A stretch of DNA of 64,000 bases from Mobula hypostoma (taxonomy: Eukaryota), in the NCBI RefSeq assembly GCF_963921235.1, contig NC_086097.1, positions 187,614,001 to 187,678,000 of the forward strand. Reading direction: 5' to 3'. Below the pieces are notes generated by a model. That model ran no database searches and was not told where the DNA came from. It saw only the letters and a program-made list of their open reading frames with translations. This document shows positions 1 through 13,044 of this stretch, in pieces (position 1 is the first letter of the stretch; every line of letters starts with the position of its first letter). Both the position numbers and the translations under genes were made by a program.

Positions 1-894
1 CAGTGCATTTCTAACGTAGTTAGGCAGCTCTGCTACAGAACAAAGTTATCAGAGGAGATTTCCAGTAGAGTTTTTTTTACTTTCATAGAGCAATAACATT
101 TCATTTATCAAATATCTTCATTAAGAGCAGAAATTAGACAAATGTGGTTAATTAGTCTTTTGGGGATTTCTAAATTAACCTTCCTAATAAAATTAATGTA
201 CTTTCAGTGGTTTCTCTATGAAACTAGTTTTGAAAAATATACAGGGAACGACGATCACTATCAAAACCGTTCTCTGTATGTCACCACACCACCATTGTAA
301 TATAAGATATTTTAGAGGTTTTAAATTATGCTACCATCTCCATTATATATACCAGTTGGAAGAAGGTTAGGTATTTTTGAAAGTCCGTTGATGGTATGGC
401 AACCTTAGGTGCCCTCAAGAAAACATTTGTGAGTTGCCTCCCTGAAGTACCGTTCTTGTGTGTGATAGAAGTAATCCCATATCCAGCTATGATAGCTCCA
501 TGAGTTTAAGGGCTGATCTCCCTTTTAGAACTTGTGACAGAGTAGACTAGGAGGAACAAAGAAATTGAAAAGATACTGGGTTCTTTAGCCTACCAAGAAA
601 ACTGTTCAACATTGTCTCCATTATTTATTGAACAGACCTATACTGTATAACAATGAAAAAAAAAGTTTGAAGTGTGATTTACACTCTGTTAACAAATATT
701 TTATTGTTTTGTTTATTTATTCACAATATATGACAAAGTTTTTTTTATCACAATACACTTCTATAAAAGTAAGTATCTTGGTTCAATATCACCGAATGTT
801 ACTGATTTATGTAACAAAGATAATCAGCTTTGATTGGGGGCACCCCTGGAGGTCTGATCATGTGCCATTCTTGTCATATAACAAGAGACCACAT

Positions 895-1258
895 GAAGCC
901 CAGTGATAATATTTAACTGCTCATTCACCTCTGAGTTAAAAGTTCCTGGTCCCATTCCAGGAGTTGAGCACAAAAAAGACTTAAAACACCAGTGCAGTAA
1001 TGAGAATGTATTAGACTGCCAAAGATTGTCCTCAGGGTGAAATGTTAGGCCTGTCTCTTGTTCTCTGATCAATATTTACCCCTCACATAATAGTATTGAG
1101 AAAATCTGCTTGTAATCATGATTCTGTACAGGGATCTGGCTGTCCCAAGACTGGCTATTGCTTTGTTTACATTACAAGAGTGACTATGTCTGTATTGGTT
1201 ATAAGGCACTTTAAAAGGCTCTAAAAAAAGATTGTGTGCTACTAAATAAGATTTTTCA
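895..1258 (+). mobile_element. Old Deu-domain SINE (SacSINE1/AmnSINE1-like), degenerate
   Basis: Ordered motifs CACCTCTGAGT..CCCATTCCAGGAGTTGAGCACAAAA..CCAGTGCAGTAATGAG..CAATATTTACCCCTCA..GGGATCTGGCTGT..TACATTACAAGAGTGACTA..ATTGGTTATAAGGCACTTT match the DeuSINE layout as recalled. Confidence 0.7.
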
Positions 1259-3929
1259 TGTAATACCACGACTTCTGCAAGTGGCTTTACATTTATCTAA
1301 TTTGTAAAGATCAGGACCGTAAGCTTGAGCATTTTGCTTGTGAATTTTGTACAACTATTCTAAGTCATGGCCTATGTACTTGGGGTCCTGTCCTTGTGTA
1401 TCCAAAGAAGAGAAGACAAGACTGGTAAAGCTGATGATTCTTGGGATCATTCTATCATTCAAGATGATTCTATCTCGTGAGCCTGAGGTAGAGAAAAAAT
1501 GGGAAGCTAAACCTTGGGAACAATTCAGAGGAACTTGAATGAGTGAAAATATTATGTTACTAGGTACTTGTGACAACTACATGGAATTGTATCCTTAACG
1601 AAGAGTGCAGTGATTGTACTCTGATTCCTGTCCTAACACAATAATCTTTAACTGACAGTATGTGTAATGCCTCTTATCTCCTGCCCCTTTCTAGTAGTTA
1701 CCTATACACCCACTAAACTATCATCTGTCTCCTGCACTGCATGAAATGATCCACAGAAATTCACTTTTTACAGGCCTTTCATGCCTGTCTTTGCATTGGA
1801 TACTGGATGTGAAGATGGTAACTCTGAACTGGGAGCTTTTGCCAGAATTCAGATGTACCTGGAGTATACCAGCTTTTAAGTAGATCCTCGTTTTATTCCT
1901 ATTTAATTCATCTTTACATTTTACACTTAATCTCATTCACCAGTTTTCATTTTCCCCAGATTTTTCTAATTTCCCAGGTTTTTATTAGTTTTTATATTAG
2001 TTTTTTAAAGTTTCTCTTTTATCCGTGATTTCCATCTAACCTACTGATCCCTATTCTTTGGTCTTTCTATTATCCCATTCCATAGGCTTCCCTTCCCAGC
2101 ACATCTCCTTTGCTTCATCAGGCTTATAAAGTGACTTACCCATGTGAACACTTATGCATTCCCTTTACTGACACCCTGTCCCCTGCTAACTTGGCTTTAC
2201 ATGATCACGCTTATTTATGTCAGTGCTCATTTGATGTCACTGAGACATAGGCTTTAATAGCAGCCATTGGCATCATAGATCTGGGGTTTAAAGGTTCGGT
2301 GGTGGGGGTGATATGCCATGTGCACTCTGGTGAAAAAAATGAAAATTATTTAATTCCCGTCTAGCTGGAGTCAGAATCTGGATGATGTATCCTCTGTCCA
2401 AAGTGTTTCATGTTATGTCCAGGAGAATTGGAAACTCAATAAAACAAAATGCTATTAATATAGTTTGATGGTGGTGGTTAACCTCCTTCCCAGTGCTGAA
2501 GGCAGTAGTGTTCATGGCTGCACATCTCTCTGATTTTCCTTCTGCTTTTCACTTGTACAAACCAATAACTAGCCGCGCTGCTTGACCAATATGAGGAATG
2601 AAGTGAATGACAGTTTGAGTACGTGTTTGACAGATCCATAGAACAATTTCTTAAGACAGCAATGCACATACATGCTACAGTGCTCCAAGCATTCTGTAAC
2701 ATTGAAACTTTAGATCCACAGGTTTGAGATCCAGAAATATCTTAAAAAGAAACTGGTCTTGAATTGCTTGAATTTGCATTCTGTAGTCAAGAAATGTTTA
2801 TCTCTTTTTATTTCTCCCTCCAAATAACAGTTGCCTGATTGATATTTAATTTCTTTTCCTTTACATGGATGTCCTGGAAATAATCATTAGTAGGTTTTCC
2901 AGCTGAACAATGTCCAAGTTGGAGGACTGTCACATCCAACACCCAAATATGGATATTGTCCTTAAGTGGGGTGTAGGGTGTCACTGGAGAACAATTGGGA
3001 ACAGGAATCCTGAGTTCTGACTGCAACTTTGATCCAACATCCTTCCTGGCATAATTTGCTGATTGCTCTATCTATTCACAGTATTTTGATAAACAGCAAA
3101 TAATTGAGGATTTTTTCCCCTCTGGTACAGGAAGTCTGTTAACTCCCATATAATTAGCAGACTTAAGGTAATTGCATCCTTATCTGTGAGCTGACTCATA
3201 TTTTTACATGTCTGAGATGCAGGTCCAAGATAGTCATTTTTTTTTGATTGGAAGAGTAGTACAAACGTGTGGCCTCTATTAAATGGAGGTTGCATTTTAA
3301 CGATAATAGTTGGAGTCATTGTTAATTAAACTGAAGTTTGGAATCTTATGAAAAAGTTTATAGATGAATTGTCTCATTTGTAAAGATGCCCCATTTGACT
3401 AGATAGAATATAAATTTGACAAAAAAAGCTAATTCAGCATTCCCATTCATTACTTGTATGAAATTCTAAAGGGTCCTTTGTTGGCATGGCTCTCTCCTTT
3501 TTGTATGAACATCATTAAATGTATTGAGTTAGGCATTCATGGAGACATATTCCAATTAAATTGTAGTAATTAGAATAATAGGTTAAGAATGGGGCCATTT
3601 GATTGCCAGGCTTTCAAACAACATACTCATCAACATTAATTCAAATATTATTGTGAAACCAATAACAGCAGACGTGGGAAAATCTGATTTCTATTTCTTT
3701 ATTCTTTAGTGTTTATCTGATTTATAATTACAGTAAGATAAATGCGGTAGGTAATATAAAATATAACTATCCTCATTCAAGTCTTGTGCATTTTCTAGAA
3801 CTTTGAATCATATAATGTTTAAAATTTCATTGGTCTGACAGGAAATATAACTATTAAATAAAGTAGAAAATTTTTCTGAAAATTGAGATAGAATATGGCA
3901 CTTTGAATTATGAACATGTCTGATGGTCA

Positions 3930-4200
3930 ATCTAGAAACCCAAAGTAGAAACAGAAAGTGATTGAAGTTTGGAGGATGCCAGGCAGTCTCTGTGGAGAGT
4001 AAAACAGCATTGGTAGGTCAGGTCATTGAAATTTCATCAAAACTAATTAAAGTTATTCTGATGATATTATAACTGAAGATCATCAGTCTAAATTGTTAAT
4101 ACTGTTTTTTTTTCTCTCTCTCCACAGATGCTACCTGATTTAGTATATTAGCATTTCGTTTCTTATTTCAGATTTCTAACATCAGTGTTTTCTGTTTGCA
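3930..4200. mobile_element. Old Penelope-type inverted terminal-repeat remnant
   Basis: CCAGGCAGTCTCTGTGGAGAG on the left is the inverse of CTCTCCACAGATGCTACCTG on the right. The tail ATTTCAGATTTCTAACATC resembles the younger copies. Confidence 0.55.
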
Positions 4201-4477
4201 CTTCCAATCTACATGTTCATGCATTCCTCCGCAATAAAAAGGAACTTGCATTATAACAATCATGTTTTAAACAGAAGTTTCCATATTTTATTAAGAATAC
4301 TGTATCTAACCTTAAACATAAAAAAAATACAAGAATGTATCTAGTGAAATTATGCATGCTGCAAATACAGTTTGGATGTTACTGCTCAGGTAGAAGCACT
4401 AACTAATTGTTACAGTTAATAATACTTTCATATTTACATTGTGAACCAATTTAAATCATTTCCAGTGGAAATACACA

Positions 4478-4924
4478 ATTAAACACACTTACATGGAGTG
4501 CTGCCACAAGAAAGCAGCATCCATCAGCAAGGAGCCTCACCATCCAGGCCAAGCTCTCCTCCTGCAATGACCATCAGGCAGGCGGTAAGGATCCTTTGAC
4601 ACCGAACCACCAGGTTCAGGAATGGTTATTACCCTACAACCATCAGGCACCTGAACCTGCATGGGTAGCTTCACTCACCACAACCCTGAACTGATTCCAT
4701 AACCTACAGCTTTACTTGGTGATAGGTGAAACCAGGTGAGGGAGGCGGTGGATCGGTGGGGGAGAGGGGATGAAGTAAGAACCTGGGAGATTGTAAGTGG
4801 TCACTTTCAAAGAGTCTGCACCTCATGTTCTCAGTAGTATTCATCTTTTATTTGCACAACTTGTCTTCTTTTGCACCTTGGTTGTTTGTCAGTACTTTGA
4901 TAATAAATTTACTTTGACTTTGAC
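4478..4924 (+). mobile_element. Rex1/Babar-type LINE 3' fragment with an inserted purine-rich piece (about 4710-4800)
   Basis: GAAAGCAGCATCCATCAGCAAGGAGCCTCACCATCCAGGCC is the same RT C-terminal block as at 16200. Ends AATAAATTTACTTTGACTTTGA. Confidence 0.75.
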
Positions 4925-7879
4925 ATTCTCAGTTTCAAGTGCTTTGAGAGTGAAACATGGACCATATTTGGAGTTACTCGAATAGTTTTCACAATGATTT
5001 TTAACATTGTTTTTCTAAATCTTTGCTTAATTTGTGGTTACTATAATCACATGGAATATAGGTATGGAAACCACTGATCACTTTCTTCCAAATATATTGA
5101 CCAACAGCTCTGGGATTGCTAAGATCTTTGAATCGTAGAATTTTGTATTCATTTTGTATTTAATACATACAAAATGAATATAAAATACAATTCCCTGCAT
5201 TCCTCATCACCTTCTTGATCATTTTAAGGATACCTAAACAGTCTTTTCAAAAAAAAAATCTTTTTTTTCTAAATATCAATACTTTATGGAAGCTTAGCAA
5301 TATAACAAATTCCAGGATATCCTTCATTTATATTGGATTTTTAATTTCAAAAATGCAGTTAGATTTGATAAAGAACGAATGCAATCTTCGGTTCCAAACA
5401 AATGGAGTGCCATAATTTGAAATGCACTTTCTTGCTGAGTCCTTTATTGCTCAGGTGAATGTTTTTCAGGTGATCTGTGTGAGAGCAGCAATGCTTGGTC
5501 CAGGAAGAGGTGAAGATCCATTAAATAGATCTTCAGAAGAAAATGGTGACTTGATGGAATTGTGTATCAATATAAAATAGCCCACCAAAATGTTTCTGGA
5601 AGGACTGTGATTGTCTAGCATAAAATCAAATCCAACAAAAAATATGTTACTCCTTAATGACATTGTAATTGGTTTCAGAATGATTAAGCTGGAAACAATT
5701 AGGTTTATTTATTCTTACCTATATTTACAGCCTGGAACTCAATTAGGGCAAATTAAAGTAACATTTTGCTTTCAATAGCAGGCTACAGAGCTAAGACAGT
5801 TAGAAGCAAGTATTATTAGTTAAATTCAGTGTTGAGCCCACACAGCATTAGCAGAATACATGTTAAAGGAATTGTAGTTCATAATGCCCAGGGTTCTGTA
5901 ATGAGGAAATTACAAATCTGACATATAGCAGTCACATTAACTTTAGAACAACTCTGGTTGAAGATAAAAAAGCACATTATTTTATGCACTTTATTATACT
6001 TGACTACTGTCACCATGATTAGTACTAACTCTAGATTAACCAGTTTCTGTCAGATAAATCACTGTGTTGAGGGCCCATTAGCCTACATATAGGTTCAATA
6101 GATTATTCATTGCAGTCCAATGCTTTCTTGTACTGAGAACTCTTTCACTTTAAATGATTAAATTTTAGCCATTCAAAAATCTAGCCCCAGAGTACAATTA
6201 TATCCTGCGAGCTAAATGTTTGATCATCATGCCTAAGTTGAGTAGTGATGATCACATGAAGCGGGTGCTCAATTTCTGAAAGAGGGCAGTTCAACTAGGT
6301 TAGAGGTGTCATAAAAAAAGCAAAATTGTTGTGATTTCTTCTTAGGTTCAACCATAGTTTGTGGGGATTGTTACAAGACTGAATCATTATGTGGTTAACA
6401 GGTTAAATAAATAATGAACTTGAATTCCAAGTACTCAAACAGAGTAGCAGTAATAGATTATGTGCAAACTGCCAGCTCCAATATAGGATTGCCTGAATGA
6501 TTGATGGACTAGATCTTTAGTCTTGTCCTTCAATTGTATGGCCTGTGCTCATTTTGGCAGACAATATACAAACATATCCATTAGTTTTGGGATAATTGCT
6601 GCCAAACAGAATAAAGCATTGGTTCTAGTAGGATCCACAGAGTACATATTAAAAACTATCATTTATATCAGTGAAAGATCAAAGGATCAATATCCTGTTG
6701 CAAGATAAATCTCCTTTGGAAAATACTGTGTTCCTTCTGTTATCAACACCCTAAGAAGCACATCAGCACCAACCTGATTATGTATTTGAAAGAAAGGTCA
6801 TTACAGTCAAAGCACAGTAGAAATATCAAAGCAATAGACTACTAATGTGTAGAACTAAATTATCTTTGGTACCATAAACACTTCCCAGAAATAATGATAC
6901 CTCTTTCATGGTATGCATTATGCCTCATTACCTATTGACGTGAGCATGCCCATGATCCTCCCTCAGTGTATCCTATTTATTCACAGGACTGCATGTCATT
7001 TACATTCATATTCAAAAATATGTGGCAGTTTGCATATTTCATGTTTCTCCATAGCTTCAGAGATTTGAATCTTTTACATATGTCACTGAGTAAAAATGGC
7101 CTGTGCTTCTAAAAACAATGATGGTTGACTTAGGATCTGAAGTTGAAGAAATGTTTAAAAAATAATCTTAAGTAGGCTGCCACTGGTGAGGTTGCCGATG
7201 GAAAATCAGGATCTTGTGTCATTATCATTAGCTAGTGTCAGGAAAAGTTTACTACTGTACTCTGGTATAATAGAGCCTATAATAATAAATTTAAAAAAAC
7301 AATTTGTATTTCTCTTCTGTTTTTATTTCTCTCTAGTGATTCTATATTCCTATGTCTGAAACGTCTCCCTCTGCCATCTTTCTGACTTGCTTTCACTGAA
7401 AGTTTGTGGTGCTGAAAAGGCTAATGAAGCTAATGAAGAGCACATAGCTTCATGTAAACATCTGAAGTATAGATTGTCCATGATTTCATCCACTACACCT
7501 CACATAGCCTTTGTTCTTTGCAGCTCCTCATTGCCATTATTACACCTAATGCTTCCTTTCTGAAGCACTCCATTGTATTTTGTGGCTTCTTTTCTTTTCT
7601 CTGCCATCACTCAGCACACTCACAGTGCTCCATCACTCTACTAATCCCCATTTAACCCACCTCCCCATCTTGTGAGGACAAGCCTAAGACTCAGTATTCT
7701 TTCCAGTGTATTATTACAGTTAACATCTGCAAAGAAAAATTCTTTTTTTAACACATCAAGCCCATATATTTCAAAAATATCATGGTGTTTTATGACAGGT
7801 AAATGGAAATCTGTTCCAAAACTATATTTAATCATATAGTCTCCTCCTTCTGCTTAAACAGATCCTCTGGATTAAGGCT

Positions 7880-9310
7880 GATTTGCTTCCACTTTGTTTC
7901 TGTGGGTTCTCAGTTGGCAAATGAGACCAAGGTGGGAACAGCAAATTCTTCCTCAGACGGGGCGAGAGATGTGGGCGAATGTACAGTTAGTGAGCTAGTG
8001 TGCTCCTCCTGCTGTTTATGCATGGTTTTTCTATGTTCCTAATGCATGGCTGAATGTTCTCAGCACTATCCGTAATGTTCCTTCTCTAGTTTGCAGTGGT
8101 CAGAATGTTGCAATTCTTCATGGAGGGTTTGTACAAGTCCTTGAATTCTTTTCCTCTGTCTGCCTGGTAGTCTCTTCTCATGACAGAGCTTGGAATGGAG
8201 TGCCTAGAAGTCTAATGTTGGGCAAATGAGCAATGTGACCTGCCCAAGGTTTTCAGTATTTGGGCTGAGGGAAAACACAGTGAATTTGGAAGATTTTGAG
8301 GAGAGAGCATTGGTTGTACCTTTTTGCTACCTTGAGTTTCCACTGTAAATGGTTCAGAAGTATATGCAAGGACAAAGATTACTGTTACCAGTAGGGCCCT
8401 GTGTTTGAAGTTTTGATCTTCAATGACTTGTTTCCTCAATGAACCAAAGGCTGCACTGGTACATTGAATGTGATGATAAATTTCATTGGTATCTGCCTTC
8501 ACTGAGAAATCGTCCAATGAAATGGGATGTCGACTGATCTCAATGTGAATCATTATTGTTAAAGGGTAGTATATGTAACATGACAAGATGTGCATCAGAG
8601 TCAAGTCTGCCCACAGTAGTTATCGGCAGGTGTGTTTGCTCTCTGCCATAGAGAAAATGATTGTTAAGATCCTTCTCCAACTGCCTCCTTCCAGTAGTTG
8701 AAGAGCAGTTGCCTGATTGCAATGTGGAATCTGTCTATCCACAGGTACATTGGGCATGATCTTTACCCCATTACAATGCCAAGAAAAAGTGCTGGGAGGA
8801 GGACTAGCCAACATTCATGGCTTTCTTTGGCTTCCTTCAAGCTGATTCTATCAATCAGAATGGGCAATGAAATGCCTTCCTCAAATTCAGTTGCCCACAG
8901 AAATGTATCGTCATTTTACTTTGGCTCTACAATGACTATGACATGCTACATTTACTAACCAATGGACCTGAAGCAGAAGCAGCCTCAGAGAAGACATATC
9001 ACATAGGACTGCTTCAATGTCCCAACACTTTGCTCAATTGCTCAGGCCACAGTATTGTACGTACATACAACAAACATCCAATGGGAGTGGAACTGATTTT
9101 AAGAGCTAATTGGAAGCTGTTCAGTTTATGATAACATTTCCCCTGAACTAAGTTCACCCGAATTTTCATCATCAAGCAAAGGTGTGTATGTAACCGCAAC
9201 ATTTGTGTATGCTCAGGAGCCATGCTACTTGTCATTATAAATTTCTTTTTGAAGCATACCAGAGGATGAGTCACTGCAAAACAAGGTCTTCTAACAGCTT
9301 ACCCCTCCTG
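7880..9310 (-). mobile_element. Degenerate RTE-clade LINE (RT plus C-terminal zinc finger)
   Basis: ORF 8212-8604 has SVKADTNEIYHHIQCTSAAFGSLRKQV..LAYTSE. The minus strand near 7900-7965 reads PV*GRICCSHLGLICQLRTH, a decayed C2H2 finger. Many stops and frameshifts. Confidence 0.8.
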
Positions 9311-9539
9311 CATCATTCTGCTCTCTGACAAATAATTCTTCTAAAACGGTATAAATAAGGATAAATTATAATCTTGTAACACCATAGATAAATTGCCTGG
9401 GATTTCATGAGAGCTTCTCTTGTTCTTCCGTTAGTAGAAATTTGGTGAAAACTATGTCTGTTTACACCACCTCTAAACCAAAGCCAATGATTGTATATCC
9501 TTTCCAACGTCTGTTGGAATGGAATCTGACTGTTCAAAC

Positions 9540-10352
9540 CAGTGGGTCATATTTGCTCCAATGATCATCTTAGAGTCATATTTGACTCCAAGGTGATCTT
9601 CTGACTGCATGTTTGCTGTATTACCAAACACCTACATTCATCTTCTGTGTGCCATTCCTGTCCTGTTTCGCTTACTAAAACCCTCCTAGTTTTGTTACCT
9701 TAGATTTTGCTAAGCCAATGTTGGTAATTTTAAAAGTTGCTGGTGAATGCAGCAGGCCAGGCAGCATCTCTAGCAAGAGGTACAGTCGACATGTACCTCT
9801 TCCTAGAGATGCTGCCTGGCCTGCTGCGTTCACCAGCAACTTTTATGTGTGTTGCTTTAAATTCCAGCAGATTTGCTTTAAATCTGCAGATTTCCTCGTG
9901 GTTGGCAATTTTAGTTGGCATTCCATCTTTCATTCATTTAGTGCAAACTTAGACGATCATGATTGCCATTGCCTATATCCTAATATATATCAAATCTCTT
10001 TCACTTTTAACTCCATGCAGACTACTACATGTAGGGCTCACTGAAGTCTGACTCTTATCTTACAGCAGATATATATTTCAAAAGTTCTTTGCTGAAGAAA
10101 AATTGTTTGGGATTGTCATTTAACAGCAACCCTTTATTTTATTTCATGCAGCAACTTTGTCTTTTATCACTATAGTTCCTTCCCTAAACCTTAGTATTCT
10201 TTTGCCTCTACTTTTTAAGGAAGAACCTCAGAACCAATCTTCTTTGTTAAACTGTCCTAAGAATTTCTGACGTAGTGTGACACACTTTGTTTGTCAATGC
10301 TTCTGTAAGTGCTCTTGAGATGGTTTACTGCAAGAAAGGTATGGAATAAATC
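9540..10352 (+). mobile_element. Highly decayed L2-like LINE 3' portion, interrupted by the 9731 hairpin
   Basis: The 3' end CTGTAAGTGCTCTTGAGATGGTTTACTGCAAGAAAGGTATGGAATAAAT resembles the conserved L2 tail. Pyrimidine-rich body. Confidence 0.45.
9731..9900. mobile_element. Penelope-derived fold-back element (near-perfect hairpin 9731-9845)
   Basis: 54-bp arms (9731-9784 and 9792-9845) with 2 mismatches around GTCGACA. Same family as 22870, 40784, 52584, 53913 and 56018. Confidence 0.85.
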
Positions 10353-10376
10353 CATAATGCTACGACTTCTGAAGCA

Positions 10377-11123
10377 CAATAAATTCCGATTAATTAGACA
10401 TATCAGGAGGACCAGTACATTTCGGTCCATTTAAATGGCTGCCCCAATTAGCCGAAGTTTCATGTAAATAGTTAGAAAGGTATAAAAAGACAATGTACTG
10501 TTTAACTGTTTAACAAATTATGTATTCAAATGAAATACAGAGCAAATGAGAACACTATCAATAGTGTTCTATAACACGGTGTATTAGTTCTTAATAGTTA
10601 TCGCTGAAGGAATTCGTCCATTATACATTGCCATGTTCTATTGACTGACTGTAAATGAACAAAATCATTTCAGACACCTAGTCCAGATAGTGTACTGCCT
10701 TCATACAATGCTTTCAATGATGCAGCCTCAAAATCTTCATTTTCATTGTAATATTCAAGGTGATTGTTGATACCTTCAAATTCTTCATAGTCCTAACTTG
10801 TTAATGTGGTGAAATCATCTAAGAGTGAGCAAAGCACTTCTTAATTGTCATACGGCTTATTTTTTGCCAACTATAAATGACAAAAATTAATATTTTTTTA
10901 AACAGAAACACATGCAACTGACAGTATTAAAAACTTTGTTCTAAGTATGGTATAGTGTCTAATAGCCACACGAGTGCACATGACTGACGTTAGTTAAAAA
11001 CTGTTCGGCAACAGATTCCTATCCCATTTAAGTGGCATAGTGTCCCAAATAAATGAAGGAAATCCCAACTGTTTTCTCAGTTTTTGTTCTTTAGGAGCTG
11101 CCCCAAATGACTGGAATCCACTG
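10377..11123 (-). mobile_element. Non-autonomous Tigger/pogo-type DNA transposon, copy 1
   Basis: Decayed TIRs CAATAAATTCCGATTAATT / AAATGACTGGAATCCACTG. Colinear with the copies at 44928 and 62562. Confidence 0.8.
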
Positions 11124-11150
11124 CATTTCATATCTGTGTGCTAAAATATA

Positions 11151-11841
11151 CAGAATCAGTATCACCGGCATATGTCATGAAATTTGTTAACTTTGTGGCA
11201 GCAGGACAATGCAATACATGATAAATATAGAAAAATAATAAATTAATTACTGTAAGTGTAAAGTATCTGTACTGTAATTGTAAGTATATACATAAAAAAG
11301 TTAAACTAAAAATAGTGCAAAATAGAAATAATGAAAAAAGTGAGGTAGCATTCACGGGTTCAATGTCTATTTAGAAATTGGATGGCGGAGGGGAAGAAGC
11401 TGTTCCTGAATCACTGAGTATGTGTCTTCAGACTTCTGTAGCTCCTTCCTGAAGGTAACAATGAGAAGAAGCTATATGCTGGGTGATGGGGGTCCTCAAT
11501 AATGGATGCTACCTTTCTGAGGCTCTGTTCCTTGAAGATGTCTTGGATTCTACAGAAGCTAGAACCCAAGATGGACCTGACAAATTTTACTTTCGATCCT
11601 GGACAGTAGATTCCCCCCCGCCCCCCCCACAACTATACCAGACAGTGATGTAGCCTGTCAGAATGTTCTCCACAGTATATCTGTTGACGTTTTTGAGTGT
11701 TTTAGGTGACTAACCAAATCTCAAACTCCTTTGGAAGTATAGCTACTGTCTTGCCTTCTTTATAGCTGCATCAGTATGTTGGGTCCAAGTTAGATCCTCA
11801 GGATATTGAAATTCAGGAATTTGAATTGCTCACTCTCTCCA
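11151..11841 (-). mobile_element. Rex1/Babar-type LINE 3' fragment
   Basis: ORF 11411-11632 contains IQDIFKEQSLRKVASIIEDPHHPAYSFFSLLPSGRSYRSLKTHT. Remnant of the CTGATTCTG tail at 11151. Confidence 0.85.
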
Positions 11842-11867
11842 ATTACTTCAATTATACATGCTTCACA

Positions 11868-12020
11868 TAAAGAACATAAGAAAGGAACATAAGAAATAGG
11901 AGACATTTATCAAGGTAACGACTAACCTTCTTTGTCAGTATCATTTTCCTTCACTTTTCGAATATTCCTAGATTGGCTTAAAATTTAGAATTCAATCCAC
12001 AGTTCTCTGGGGCTTGGATT
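11868..12020 (-). mobile_element. Old CR1 3' end fragment
   Basis: AAGAACATAAGAAAGGAACATAAGAAATAGGAG is the reverse complement of a CR1 8-mer tail. Confidence 0.55.
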
Positions 12021-12389
12021 CACCAGGATGGAGTATTTCTGTTTTGGGGAGCAACTGGAAAAGCTGGGCTTATTATTTGGTACCCAGAGTGTGATGGAGT
12101 CTGGGGAAGGGGAGAATGAATCTGATAGAGGTGTACAAACATATGAGTAGCATGGATTGGATGGATAATAGGAAATATTACCACTTTGCAGAGGTGTCTG
12201 TGGGCTTTACTTATGAGTATCATATCAAAGAAATACCAGGAATTGTAGACTTTGGAATAATTTTTTCTCATTTCTGCTAGAGTGCTAACATTGTAGCCTG
12301 AGCTTTTCCACTGGACTCTGTCTTAACCAAGAAGAATAAGTAGTGCTTTTACATTGAAATATATTGTTTTTATATTTATTTTATATTAT

Positions 12390-12937
12390 GAGGTGTGGTA
12401 GTGTAGTGGGTAGTGCTTGATGCTCTCACTTTCACCTTCCACTGCTGGCTAGCAGTCTTGTGAAAAAGAGAGCTGAATGTGTAAGTCTTTCCCTGCCAGT
12501 ACATAGCCTCTCCAACAGCAAACCTCATGTAGTGATTCCTAGCTGGTGACAGATAGTAATTGATCTCCTTTCAGACTCAAGCTGAACTACAGAGGACAGG
12601 TAGGAGGTCTGGCCCCTGCACATGTAGCATGCAGGCCCACCAGTGTGTGGACATGCCCTGGTGCTCATGAACCAGATCCCTAGCTATAGGTAAGTAGCCT
12701 CACTGCCTTGTCAACAGCTTATGGGAGTAAACCCAGACCACAATCTGGAGTAGAGCCCCTAAAGCAGCTGGACGTCATTGAACATTCTTCGGGCAGCTCC
12801 TGCAGACAAGCTGGTACCAAATATATTGCTTTATAAGCCTTCCTTTGGACTACACTGTTGAGGCCGAGAGGGGGATTTTGACGACTGGGCATCTCAGGAT
12901 CTCCATACCTTCCTCCCAGGCTTGTGATGATGATGAT
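12390..12937 (+). mobile_element. SINE-like element with RTE-type (GAT)n tail
   Basis: Box-A-like head TGGTAGTGTAGTGG, RTE-5'UTR-like middle (GCCTTGTCAACAGC..TAAACCC) and terminal GTGATGATGATGAT. Confidence 0.55.
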
Positions 12938-13044
12938 CAAGACAGATGGATGCCAACTAACAATTGTGAAGTAGAGTTGGAATGGGATTTAAAAAAGATG
13001 TTATTGAACCAGGGACATACTGTATATTTGTCTTAGCATTCCTA

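Noticed and set aside
2560..2592. Two CCAAT boxes flanking a GCCGCGC element
   Set aside because: No CpG island, TATA box or downstream exon; insufficient for a promoter call.
5461..5580. Possible terminal exon after TTTTTCAG (VICVRAAMLGPGRGEDPLN..)
   Set aside because: Short, no recognisable protein similarity and no partner exons.
9718..10044. Overlapping ORFs on both strands sharing RDAAWPAAFTSNF
   Set aside because: Artefact of the palindromic repeat, not a gene.
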